DNA from: Desulfurococcaceae archaeon
GTDB taxonomy: Archaea; Thermoproteota; Thermoprotei_A; Sulfolobales; Desulfurococcaceae
DNA: 64,000 nucleotides
Direction of reading: 5' to 3'
NCBI GenBank assembly: GCA_038894495.1
Contig: JAWAPI010000001.1
Span: 13,796-77,795 of the forward strand
Shown here: positions 19,034-26,933 of the stretch, piece by piece
Layout: each line of letters begins with the position of its first letter
Numbering within the stretch: the first letter of the stretch is position 1
Position numbers and translations under genes: made by a program
The notes under the pieces: model-generated
The model's input: only the letters and a program-made list of their open reading frames with translations
Database searches by the model: none
What the model was told of the DNA's origin: nothing

Positions 19034-19923
19034 ATCTTTATATCTAATCCTAGTTCAGGGACAATTTTTGATAACTCCGCTGCTAATGCCAACGCCTTTG
19101 ACTGCGCTGTCCAGAGAACAAGCTCTACGGTCTCTAGTGTTATGAATGCCGATTCAACCGCTAATGTAAGAGCTTGTTTATATGCCTTGACTAAAACTAT
19201 CTGCAAGACATGAGGTTCCGGTATAACCAGCTCCACGGCTAGTTTCAAACCATCACTAGCAGCTAGCGCTAGAAGATCTTCGTATTCCTTGATGTTTAGT
19301 TTTAACTTATCACCGGGGATCATTAAGTTTCCGTCACGTCCACATTTAACCTTAGCTTTAATCTCTTTTAAAGCCATTCCAAGCTTTTGAAGCAATGCAG
19401 CTAGATCAGGAGATATAACATCTCCTGGTTTAGCAACAACGGTATCCTTAGCGACATATACAACATTGCCTTGAACCTTAGTAGGTATTTTCAGCCTTCC
19501 AAAAGTACTTAGTATTGGCCCAGCGGGTAATCCTGTATTACCCTCAGGTATAACTATTTCTTTATCTGTTATTTCTCCTGGTGCGAAATAGTCTCTTGTG
19601 ACGAAGTTTTGAACAATATCTGCTACTTCGAATACATTCATATTAGTGAAAATTAGCATTATTTGTCCTGTCATGTATTGTTCCATGTCTTTAACTGGGA
19701 GACCGATTTTTTCAAAAGCTTTCAAAGCTACCTTTGGTTTTACAACCTTTGAAATAGCTTTCTTATCTAGTTTCTTCCTAAGCATTTGTATATGCTTAGC
19801 TGGTATACCTGTAAGATCAACTACTAGGAACGTAGAGTACTCCTTTGATAATTTTATTATTTCATCTGCTAGCTTCTGTTTCCAAGCAGGTATTTTACGT
19901 GGTTTGATACTAATAATACTCAT
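18907..19923 (-). CDS. rplP0: 50S ribosomal stalk protein P0 (L10)
   Basis: 338 aa, L10 N-domain (IPAWKQKLADEI..FLVVDLTGIPA) and a stalk tail shared with P1. Confidence 0.95.
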   Translation of the reverse strand: MSIISIKPRKIPAWKQKLADEIIKLSKEYSTFLVVDLTGIPAKHIQMLRKKLDKKAISKVVKPKVALKAFEKIGLPVKDMEQYMTGQIMLIFTNMNVFEVADIVQNFVTRDYFAPGEITDKEIVIPEGNTGLPAGPILSTFGRLKIPTKVQGNVVYVAKDTVVAKPGDVISPDLAALLQKLGMALKEIKAKVKCGRDGNLMIPGDKLKLNIKEYEDLLALAASDGLKLAVELVIPEPHVLQIVLVKAYKQALTLAVESAFITLETVELVLWTAQSKALALAAELSKIVPELGLDIKIPVQAATVTAEQPKEEKKEEKKEESKELSEEALAEGFAALFG

Positions 19924-19935
19924 CTATAAACACCT

Positions 19936-20586
19936 CTATTTCAACTCCACCTCAACCGGTATACCCATAGTAGTTTTAAACACTAATTTCTCGATATTTC
20001 CATACCTAGCTGGTAACTTACTCTCTATTGCGGTTAAAACAGCTAAGGCGTTATCCGCGAGATCCTCTGGATTCATATCTTCAGTACCGATCATTGTCAT
20101 TAATACAGGCTGATCCTTTATTCTAACCATCACGCTGTTCTTATACCTAGATACAATTGCTTTTAGTGATCCACTCGAAGGCATTGAGACCGGTACTTTA
20201 CCTCTAGGGCCCAGCGCTGGACCCAGGACCCTACCTACTAATCCCATGAGATCCGGCTTAACTAAGATCCAGTCGCACTCTGAAGCTATTTTCTTAGCTT
20301 GTTTCTTATTAATATCTCGTAGTTCTGTGCTTAGTATTACTCTTTGAACACCCGCTTCCTTAGCTACCTCAACGATCTCGGGGTCTCCTACTAGGCATAC
20401 TCTGGCCTCTTTTCCTCTACCTCTAGGTAAATTAACTACTTCACGTATTTTCAACTGCTGTGATTTTAGGTCAATATCTTTTAACACTATTGTTAGATCA
20501 ACGCTTTGCTTAAAGTTTCTACCCTTACCTCGCTCTAATGCTTTCTCTATGTAGTTAGCTAATGTTTCCTTACTAGGTAGAGACAT
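19936..20586 (-). CDS. rpl1: 50S ribosomal protein L1
   Basis: Typical L1 sequence (NFKQSVDLTIVLKDIDLK..PRGRGKE..) and position in the L11-L1-P0-P1 cluster. Confidence 0.95.
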   Translation of the reverse strand: MSLPSKETLANYIEKALERGKGRNFKQSVDLTIVLKDIDLKSQQLKIREVVNLPRGRGKEARVCLVGDPEIVEVAKEAGVQRVILSTELRDINKKQAKKIASECDWILVKPDLMGLVGRVLGPALGPRGKVPVSMPSSGSLKAIVSRYKNSVMVRIKDQPVLMTMIGTEDMNPEDLADNALAVLTAIESKLPARYGNIEKLVFKTTMGIPVEVELK

Positions 20587-20591
20587 CTATA

Positions 20592-21101
20592 TCACCCCGA
20601 CCTCTCCCATTCCTCCTGGTATCTAGTAAGCACGTCGTCGTAGTATCCTTGATCGATTAATTTCGAGATCTCAAGTGGATCTTTTCCCTCAACGGTTACA
20701 CCTATTGAACGAGCAGATCCAAGGATAGTCTTGACAGCTGCTTTAAGAGCCTTAGCTGATAACTGCTCTTTCTTTAAAATAGCTATTTTAATGATATCTT
20801 CCAGTGAGATGTTTCCAATTTTCTTATGTGCAGGGTCTCCCGTTAGCTCTTTTGAACCTGCAGCTTTAATGAGTAATGCGGTTGTTGTTGGTATACCCAC
20901 TTTTACCTCGAACTTACGTGTATCAGTATCTATTGTAACCTCGACTGGGATAGGTAATCCCTCATATTCCTTTGTTGCATTATTTATCTCATTAACTACT
21001 TCCACTACGTTAACTTTGTATGGTGAAAGAGTTGGTCCTATGGGTGGACCTGGAGTTGCTTTACCACCTTCAACTACGAATCTAAGTGTTTTCTTAACCA
21101 T
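20592..21101 (-). CDS. rpl11: 50S ribosomal protein L11
   Basis: VEGGKATPGPPIGPTLSPYKVNV.. is the L11 N-domain signature. Confidence 0.95.
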   Translation of the reverse strand: MVKKTLRFVVEGGKATPGPPIGPTLSPYKVNVVEVVNEINNATKEYEGLPIPVEVTIDTDTRKFEVKVGIPTTTALLIKAAGSKELTGDPAHKKIGNISLEDIIKIAILKKEQLSAKALKAAVKTILGSARSIGVTVEGKDPLEISKLIDQGYYDDVLTRYQEEWERSG

Positions 21102-21103
21102 AC

Positions 21104-21577
21104 CTATACACCTTTCTTTCTAACATAGTTAATTGGTATTGTTATAGGTATTGAAAAAGCAGCCTCTAATAGATTAACTGTAAGGGTATTTTTGCTTTTA
21201 TCTATTGAGACAACCTTGGCACGCATTCCACGGAATGGTCCACGAGTTATTTCAACTTCATCTCCCACGTTGACCTCTTCTAGTAACGCCTTGGGTTTAA
21301 TCATGTTTAATAATTCGTCTAAAGAGACTTTTAGTAATCTCTGAGTAGAAGCGTATTTGATATTTGATAGTAGGTTTGGTAACTCTTGTGGTTTCCGTGT
21401 TTCTATAAATACAAATCCCCTTACACCCGGGGCTACTAAAATACTCGAGACCCCTGTTTCCTCGCCTTTATTGATTTTTTCATATATTCTTCTCTCAACT
21501 ATGAATGCTACATCTAGTTCTCTTCCAGATGTTGTTCTCACAGCGTATATTTCACTTGTTGATATCCCTGTACTCAT
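21104..21577 (-). CDS. spt5: transcription elongation factor Spt5 (NusG)
   Basis: NGN domain IYAVRTTSGRE.. and KOW GDEVEITRGPFRGMRAKVVSID. Lies upstream of L11, as conserved. Confidence 0.9.
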   Translation of the reverse strand: MSTGISTSEIYAVRTTSGRELDVAFIVERRIYEKINKGEETGVSSILVAPGVRGFVFIETRKPQELPNLLSNIKYASTQRLLKVSLDELLNMIKPKALLEEVNVGDEVEITRGPFRGMRAKVVSIDKSKNTLTVNLLEAAFSIPITIPINYVRKKGV

Positions 21578-21583
21578 GGTTTA

Positions 21584-21772
21584 TCAGCCAGTATATGGGA
21601 ATAGCAATGTATAGAACACTAATCTAATAACAAAAGCTATAAACCCAACTAAGATTAAACCTATAAGCGTAATCTTCAATATGTTTGTGTATTCATTTCT
21701 ATCAGGCTTACTGGAAATTTGTAATATTTTCTTCCATGAATCTATCAATTCCCTTAAGTTCAAGTTAAACAC
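21584..21772 (-). CDS. secE: preprotein translocase SecE/Sec61-gamma
   Basis: 62 aa, single C-terminal TM (ITLIGLILVGFIAFVIRLVF), conserved position before spt5. Confidence 0.8.
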   Translation of the reverse strand: MFNLNLRELIDSWKKILQISSKPDRNEYTNILKITLIGLILVGFIAFVIRLVFYTLLFPYTG

Positions 21773-22663
21773 CTAATCTTCATATGGAAGCACTTTATCT
21801 AGGTATTCTAAGGGATTAAAAGGCTTTAAATCTATATAATCCTGCCCAGTGCCAATGAAAATAATTGGTTTCTTTAATACATAAACAAGCGATATAGGCA
21901 CCCCGCCCTCTTCGTATGCATCGAACTTTGTAACTATGAATCCATCTATTCCTATTGCTTCATGGAAAAATCTAGACTGCTCAACTGCGTCATTACCTGT
22001 TAAGGCATCTACAACTAGTATCTTTATATCCGGCTTCACAACTCTTACGACTTTTTTCAACTCATTAACTAGATCTATATCAGTATGCATTCTACCCGCT
22101 GTATCGATTAATAAGACGTCAAATCCCTTGGAAAAAGCGTATTGAATACTATCATAAGCTACTGAAGCTGGATCAGCCCCATACTTACCCATAAATACAG
22201 GTATACGTGTTCTCTCTGAGTGCTTTTTCAACTGTTCTTGTGCAGCAGCTCTAAATGTATCAGCTGCGACCATTAGTGGTCTGAATCCATTGTCTTTGAA
22301 ATACACTGCTACTTTTGCAATGGTTGTTGTTTTCCCAACGCCATTAACTCCTAGAAATAACATTTTAAAAGGTCTTCTACTCGTAGCTAGCTCAATAAGA
22401 CCGATAGACCCCGCTTCTTCAAAGTAACTTAGCAATATACTTCTTAAAGCATTTACCAAGTGATGCTTATTTCTTATCTCCTTGTTTTCAACCATATCCA
22501 ATAGTCTATTAGCAACGTTTTCTGCTACTTCGAAAGCCACATCTCTACTGATCAACTCTAGCTTAAACTCTTCAATACTTGAAACCAACTTCTCCTTCGA
22601 GACGAGAATAGAAGAAGTAGTATCAATAAATTTTTTAAATAAATCTCTTAATTTAAATAACAA
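21773..22663 (-). CDS. ftsY: signal recognition particle receptor FtsY
   Basis: SRP GTPase motifs: GVNGVGKTTTIAKVA, DTAGR, TKFD. Confidence 0.95.
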   Translation of the reverse strand: MLFKLRDLFKKFIDTTSSILVSKEKLVSSIEEFKLELISRDVAFEVAENVANRLLDMVENKEIRNKHHLVNALRSILLSYFEEAGSIGLIELATSRRPFKMLFLGVNGVGKTTTIAKVAVYFKDNGFRPLMVAADTFRAAAQEQLKKHSERTRIPVFMGKYGADPASVAYDSIQYAFSKGFDVLLIDTAGRMHTDIDLVNELKKVVRVVKPDIKILVVDALTGNDAVEQSRFFHEAIGIDGFIVTKFDAYEEGGVPISLVYVLKKPIIFIGTGQDYIDLKPFNPLEYLDKVLPYED

Positions 22664-22666
22664 TTC

Positions 22667-23134
22667 CTACTCACTTTGTTTTCGCTGCTGTGCCTCCATT
22701 ATTTGACTCACTAATCTCTGTAATCCAAGATATTCTTCTGCTAGTGCTTTTCGCTGAGCTTGGAGATTGTTGATTGCTTTCTCGATCTCTTGTTGTCTTC
22801 TCGAGAGAAGCTCTATTGCTTTATCCCTTGTAGTTTTCACATAATATCCCAACCCTAGGTTTACTAGTAGATTGCTATGCCAACTCTCTTTTACAATAGC
22901 TGGTATCATTATACTTGATAGTCTATCAATAATGATATAGCCTTCTTCTTGTCTATCAGAAAGCGTCTTAATTGTTTCAATAGATAACTGGAGTTCTCTA
23001 TAGTGATTTAGATAGGTGTTTAGTGTTGAATCAACTAATTCAATGTGTTCTTTTAGCTCACTAACTCTTGCTAGTAACTCATCTAGGTATATAACTCTTT
23101 TCTCTGGTTGTTTCTGTGGATTATCCATGCCCAT
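22667..23134 (-). CDS. pfdA: prefoldin alpha subunit
   Basis: Coiled-coil/beta-hairpin/coiled-coil layout, 155 aa, conserved position between ftsY and rplX. Confidence 0.75.
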   Translation of the reverse strand: MGMDNPQKQPEKRVIYLDELLARVSELKEHIELVDSTLNTYLNHYRELQLSIETIKTLSDRQEEGYIIIDRLSSIMIPAIVKESWHSNLLVNLGLGYYVKTTRDKAIELLSRRQQEIEKAINNLQAQRKALAEEYLGLQRLVSQIMEAQQRKQSE

Positions 23135-23397
23135 TACTTTACAATCCTCGTTGTCTCGATTAATCTAAGGAGCTCGGACCTGGTAATCTCCTCGGGGGAG
23201 ATGATCTTTATATCTACGATATCAATATGCGATCTCTTCAGCTTATGTCTACTTCCTAAAATCGAGTAGACTTTCTCTACAGCGTCTTTTTCATTTAAAG
23301 CTCTGATTTCTAGTGTAAACCTCTGCCTAGTTGGTAGTCTATTATGACTTATCAACATGTAACCCGTGATCTTGTAGATTTTTACCTCACTAGTCAT
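23134..23397 (-). CDS. rplX: 50S ribosomal protein LX (eL20 family)
   Basis: KIYKITGYMLISHNRLPTRQRFTLEIRALNEKDAVEKVYSILGSRHKLKRSHI. Confidence 0.8.
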   Translation of the reverse strand: MTSEVKIYKITGYMLISHNRLPTRQRFTLEIRALNEKDAVEKVYSILGSRHKLKRSHIDIVDIKIISPEEITRSELLRLIETTRIVK

Positions 23398-24086
23398 TTG
23401 ACACCACCTTCAAATCCAGTTTTAATTCTCAATACTTCGGGACCAGTGGTTCCCCCACCTACTACAACACCTCTGTTATTAGCTAATAAACCGCTTTTAA
23501 CGTAAGGTACTCCGCCGTTCACGGTTGAATGCTCTACATCTATTTTCAAAATATTCTTTATTGTTTTTAAATCATCATCGCTAGAATCCGGATGAATCAC
23601 TCCTCCTTTATCATTCACAACCGCGATGCTTCCAGGTATATCTAGGTTTACAAGTCTTGTTTTATAAACCTCTACACCAATAATATTTTCTACTTTTTTA
23701 ATCTCCTTGTCCTCTATTAATGGGCTAGCTAAGCATCCATAGCTATTACATAGTACTAGATTACCTAGAGCAGTGTATTTACTCTCTAGTACTACTAGTT
23801 CAATATCTATACCTAGTTCTCTTATTGATTTCCTAAGCTCCTCTAGCTCGTGATCAAAGATGATATGGGGTATCAATATTGCAGTATTATTTCCAGCTAG
23901 GAATACCCCGTTTAATATTGTACCCGCAATCTTCATCTCTATGGGGTTTGCTCTTAGAACACTATTAATTTCTTCTATATCGTCCTTCCCAATGCCAGGT
24001 GGATATATAAGCACTTTATCATTGACAAAAGCATATATACCAATATTTGGATTACCGAAAAAGCTCATTCTGGATATCTCAACCAT
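23394..24086 (-). CDS. eif6: translation initiation factor aIF-6
   Basis: FGNPNIGIYAFVNDKVLIYPP.. pentein repeat pattern, 230 aa. Confidence 0.9.
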   Translation of the reverse strand: MVEISRMSFFGNPNIGIYAFVNDKVLIYPPGIGKDDIEEINSVLRANPIEMKIAGTILNGVFLAGNNTAILIPHIIFDHELEELRKSIRELGIDIELVVLESKYTALGNLVLCNSYGCLASPLIEDKEIKKVENIIGVEVYKTRLVNLDIPGSIAVVNDKGGVIHPDSSDDDLKTIKNILKIDVEHSTVNGGVPYVKSGLLANNRGVVVGGGTTGPEVLRIKTGFEGGVK

Positions 24087-24097
24087 TTAAACACCTG

Positions 24098-24394
24098 TCA
24101 CTTAGATATCTGAGTCTTACGTGGTCGTAGTAGGAGAACCTTTGCTATTTTTTCTTCCTTGTTAAATCTAACCTCGACTATGATTCTTCGAGGAGGTTTA
24201 AACCTCCCTCTAGACCATACGTAGTTGTTAACAGCTTGGTCAACCACTACTTTATCTGCTTCCTTGAAGTGTCTATGTATGTATTTCTTAATCAATCTAA
24301 TTGCTCTATCAGCTCTATTGGCTCTACGTCCAAAGTAAACACGTTTCAATGGTATAATGTGAATGCTTTTCTCAACTTCTCGTTGTTCACTCAT
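24098..24394 (-). CDS. rpl31e: 50S ribosomal protein L31e
   Basis: IIPLKRVYFGRRANRADRAIRLIKKYIHRHF..VWSRGRFKPPRRIIV. Confidence 0.9.
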   Translation of the reverse strand: MSEQREVEKSIHIIPLKRVYFGRRANRADRAIRLIKKYIHRHFKEADKVVVDQAVNNYVWSRGRFKPPRRIIVEVRFNKEEKIAKVLLLRPRKTQISK

Positions 24395-24406
24395 ACATAC
24401 ACACCT

Positions 24407-24565
24407 CTAGATATTCTTGAGCTTACTTCTCCTCCAGTGTCTAAGTCTAAAACCTCTTCTAACTCTTAGTCTTGTTTTCATAGTTACCCATATAGGTATC
24501 GGCTTATTACTATTGTGTGCAGCTGCGAGTCTTAGTTTCCTAGCTACGTGTTTAGCTCTAGCCAT
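24407..24565 (-). CDS. rpl39e: 50S ribosomal protein L39e, 52 aa
   Basis: Not in the ORF track (under 60 aa). My translation: MARAKHVARKLRLAAAHNSNKPIPIWVTMKTRLRVRRGFRLRHWRRSKLKNI. Confidence 0.85.
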   Translation of the reverse strand: MARAKHVARKLRLAAAHNSNKPIPIWVTMKTRLRVRRGFRLRHWRRSKLKNI

Positions 24566-24574
24566 TGAAACCAC

Positions 24575-24910
24575 CTATTTTCTCTTGAATGTTATCTTTG
24601 TCTCGCGACGTGTTTGCTCATATAGTTCTGAGAGTAGCTTCTTTAAAAAATCATCTGTGATTGGAATTTTAACTTTCCCGCTTTGTGCAAGCATAATTAA
24701 CTGCTCCTCCAAGGCCGTGGCAAGCTCTGGCTTGACAAGTCTGAGATTACTTAGTCTCTCTCTAGCTTCTGGTGTTAGTATTTGTCTAAGTATAGCTTCG
24801 ATCCTAGCTCTTCTTTCTCTCTCCTCTTCCATTTTTCTTCTTAACTCGGCTAGTTTACGCATTCTTATGGACTCTAGTTCTTCATCGTATCCTGTGTATT
24901 CATCGCTCAT
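24575..24910 (-). CDS. PDCD5/TFAR19-like DNA-binding protein
   Basis: RMRKLAELRRK..ILRQILTPEARERLSNLRLVKPELATALEEQLIMLAQSG. Confidence 0.8.
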   Translation of the reverse strand: MSDEYTGYDEELESIRMRKLAELRRKMEEERERRARIEAILRQILTPEARERLSNLRLVKPELATALEEQLIMLAQSGKVKIPITDDFLKKLLSELYEQTRRETKITFKRK

Positions 24911-25413
24911 AAACCACCACTCTGTGAAGTATGTAAATCGGATCTAAGCGATGGTGATAGGTATTTAATTATCTCTGGGTTATTCACCACGAGCTCTGAT
25001 GCTATTTCAATAGCTATTCTATCTAATAGTGCACGTCCTTGAGGTGTCAACACCCTTCCCCGCTTTGTCTTACGAACTAGTTGAGCTTGCTCTAGTTGCT
25101 GTAGTATTTTTCGAATAGCATTACCAGGTGCTCTTATCGTTCTCTCTGGTCTACTACCACGTCTTTTCCTTCCTCCATACTCTCTTCTTAGAACACTTAT
25201 CCCAACTGGTCCACTAGCTTTGTAGAGCTTTCTAAGTAAACTAGCAGCTCTAATATACCACCAGTCTTGGTTCTCTGGTGGTTTTTCCTTAAAACAGCCT
25301 GTTTTTGAATACCTAGCCCAACTAGGCGGCTTGATCTCGGGTATGTTTTCCCTAATATATAGAGCTAGTTTTTCAATCAACCTATTAGCTGGTACTTCAA
25401 GTGCTGTAACCAT
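24907..25413 (-). CDS. rps19e: 30S ribosomal protein S19e
   Basis: PSWARYSKTGCFKEKPPENQDWWYIRAASLLRKLY..GGRKRRG. Confidence 0.9.
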   Translation of the reverse strand: MVTALEVPANRLIEKLALYIRENIPEIKPPSWARYSKTGCFKEKPPENQDWWYIRAASLLRKLYKASGPVGISVLRREYGGRKRRGSRPERTIRAPGNAIRKILQQLEQAQLVRKTKRGRVLTPQGRALLDRIAIEIASELVVNNPEIIKYLSPSLRSDLHTSQSGGL

Positions 25414-25454
25414 TTACTAAACACCAGTGTTATGTAATACCTAATCAACATAGT

Positions 25455-25745
25455 TTATTTTTCCTTTATAAGTGTGATTGTAAAGCCCCTTACTTCATAT
25501 ACTCGTGAACCAGTTTCATTGGCAAGTAGAGTTGCTAGTTCATCTATGCTTCCTGTATAAGTTGCTCTAAATGATTTCAAGACTCTTAGCTTAACAACCT
25601 TATGCTTCTCTAATCTGCTTTTAACTTCATTTATAAAGCCACTTGTTAACCCGTTTTTTCCTAGTTGTAGATCAACTTTTCCTCTTAATCTCTCTTTCAC
25701 TCTCTCTTTGATTTCTTTACTACGAATCTTCTTACCCATCCGCAT
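25455..25745 (-). CDS. YhbY/CRM-domain RNA-binding protein
   Basis: LRGKVDLQLGKNGLTSGFINEVKSRLEKHKVVKLRVL fits the CRS1/YhbY fold pattern. Confidence 0.7.
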   Translation of the reverse strand: MRMGKKIRSKEIKERVKERLRGKVDLQLGKNGLTSGFINEVKSRLEKHKVVKLRVLKSFRATYTGSIDELATLLANETGSRVYEVRGFTITLIKEK

Positions 25746-26026
25746 TTAAGACACCTATATGTAACTCTAGTGTGTTTTCCCACGTTTTTAACCCGGATAG
25801 TAAGAGTGTACCCTGGTATTAACGGCACATAGCATTTTCTACAATAACTCCTCTTATACTTTTTGGGTAGCTTAACACCAGCTTTACTCGCTACTCTAAT
25901 TGCTATCTCTACATACCTCCTAGCAAGTTCGAAATCTCCATTTCTAGTCTTCTCTATAGCCATGCTAAATAAGATATTGATCCTTTCTCGTGCAATATCA
26001 CGTAGTAAGACTCTACGATTATTCAT
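25697..26026 (-). CDS. rnp4: RNase P protein component 4 (Rpp21/Rpr2)
   Basis: RERINILFSMAIEK..LARRYVEIAIRVASK..YCRKCYVPLIPG..YRCLKCGW (Zn ribbon). The internal Met (MNNRRVLL) is preferred over the track start at 26071. Confidence 0.8.
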   Translation of the reverse strand: MNNRRVLLRDIARERINILFSMAIEKTRNGDFELARRYVEIAIRVASKAGVKLPKKYKRSYCRKCYVPLIPGYTLTIRVKNVGKHTRVTYRCLKCGWVRRFVVKKSKRE

Positions 26027-26144
26027 TACATACCTCCACTTTGAGATATACATGGAAACATATTGAGGCAAGGTGCTTTATTTGATATATTCATAATTCT
26101 CCTTATTACATTTACAATAAGATGAATTATCAGGGTGGTGGTAA

Positions 26145-26837
26145 GTGAAAAACAAGCTTAGTCTACTACTACTCGAAGCCTCACTTGAAACAGTGCCGTT
26201 GTCGATATCTCATCACCCAGCAATTGTCAAAACAGCAGCTAGGCGAGGAAAGAAACCTACATCAATAATACTTGATATTAGCTTACATTACCACGCTATG
26301 AGAAAACTAGATAAAGTAGAGAAACGTGGTAGGCCAGATATTGTACATGTAAGTCTCCTAGAGGCACTAGAGAGCCCCATCTCCAAGAGAGGTCTACTAA
26401 GAGTATATGTTCACACTATTGAGGGGCATGTATTGTTCATTGAACCAGCAACAAGAATACCCAGGAACTATAATAGATTTGTTGGTTTAATGGAGCAATT
26501 ATTTGAAACAGGTAGTGTTCCACCTGGAGGCGATAAACCCCTTATCTATATTAAGACAATGAAACTAAGTAACTTACTTGAGCAAATAGAGGTAAATGGA
26601 TTAATTTTATTAAACGAGAAGTGTAGTTATCTCCCTCTTTACAAGGTCACTGAGCAAGCACTAGCTGAGAACATGGCAATTGGTGTTGGTGCTTTCCCAC
26701 ATGGGGACTTTGAAAAAGAGACATTAGATCAAACTACCCACTGTTACTCTATTTATAGTGAGCCATTATCAACACATATAGTGGTTTCACGTATATTATC
26801 ATCAGCTGAGAGACTACTTGGGATTATAGAACTATGA
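26145..26837 (+). CDS. nep1: rRNA small-subunit pseudouridine methyltransferase Nep1/Emg1
   Basis: LLLLEASLETVP..RGRPDIVHVSLLEALESP..RNYNRFVGLMEQL. GTG start. Confidence 0.85.
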   Translation: MKNKLSLLLLEASLETVPLSISHHPAIVKTAARRGKKPTSIILDISLHYHAMRKLDKVEKRGRPDIVHVSLLEALESPISKRGLLRVYVHTIEGHVLFIEPATRIPRNYNRFVGLMEQLFETGSVPPGGDKPLIYIKTMKLSNLLEQIEVNGLILLNEKCSYLPLYKVTEQALAENMAIGVGAFPHGDFEKETLDQTTHCYSIYSEPLSTHIVVSRILSSAERLLGIIEL

Positions 26838-26933
26838 AGTCTCTTTAAATACTCAACTATCACTATGTGAACTGCTCATGTAAAAGATGCTTTTAATACA
26901 GTTCATTGAGAATACTCTTCTAGAGGTGTAAAT

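Noticed and set aside
18518-19145. Plus-strand ORFs 18518-18721, 18616-18798 and 18828-19145 with repeated [22 protein letters not shown] peptides.
   Set aside because: They are antisense translations of the Lys/Glu-rich P1/P0 tails. The repetition is explained by the 131-nt repeat.
24417-24947. 176-aa plus-strand ORF spanning the L39e and PDCD5-like region.
   Set aside because: It is antisense to two recognisable conserved genes, has Leu/Ser-rich low-complexity composition, and has no motif.
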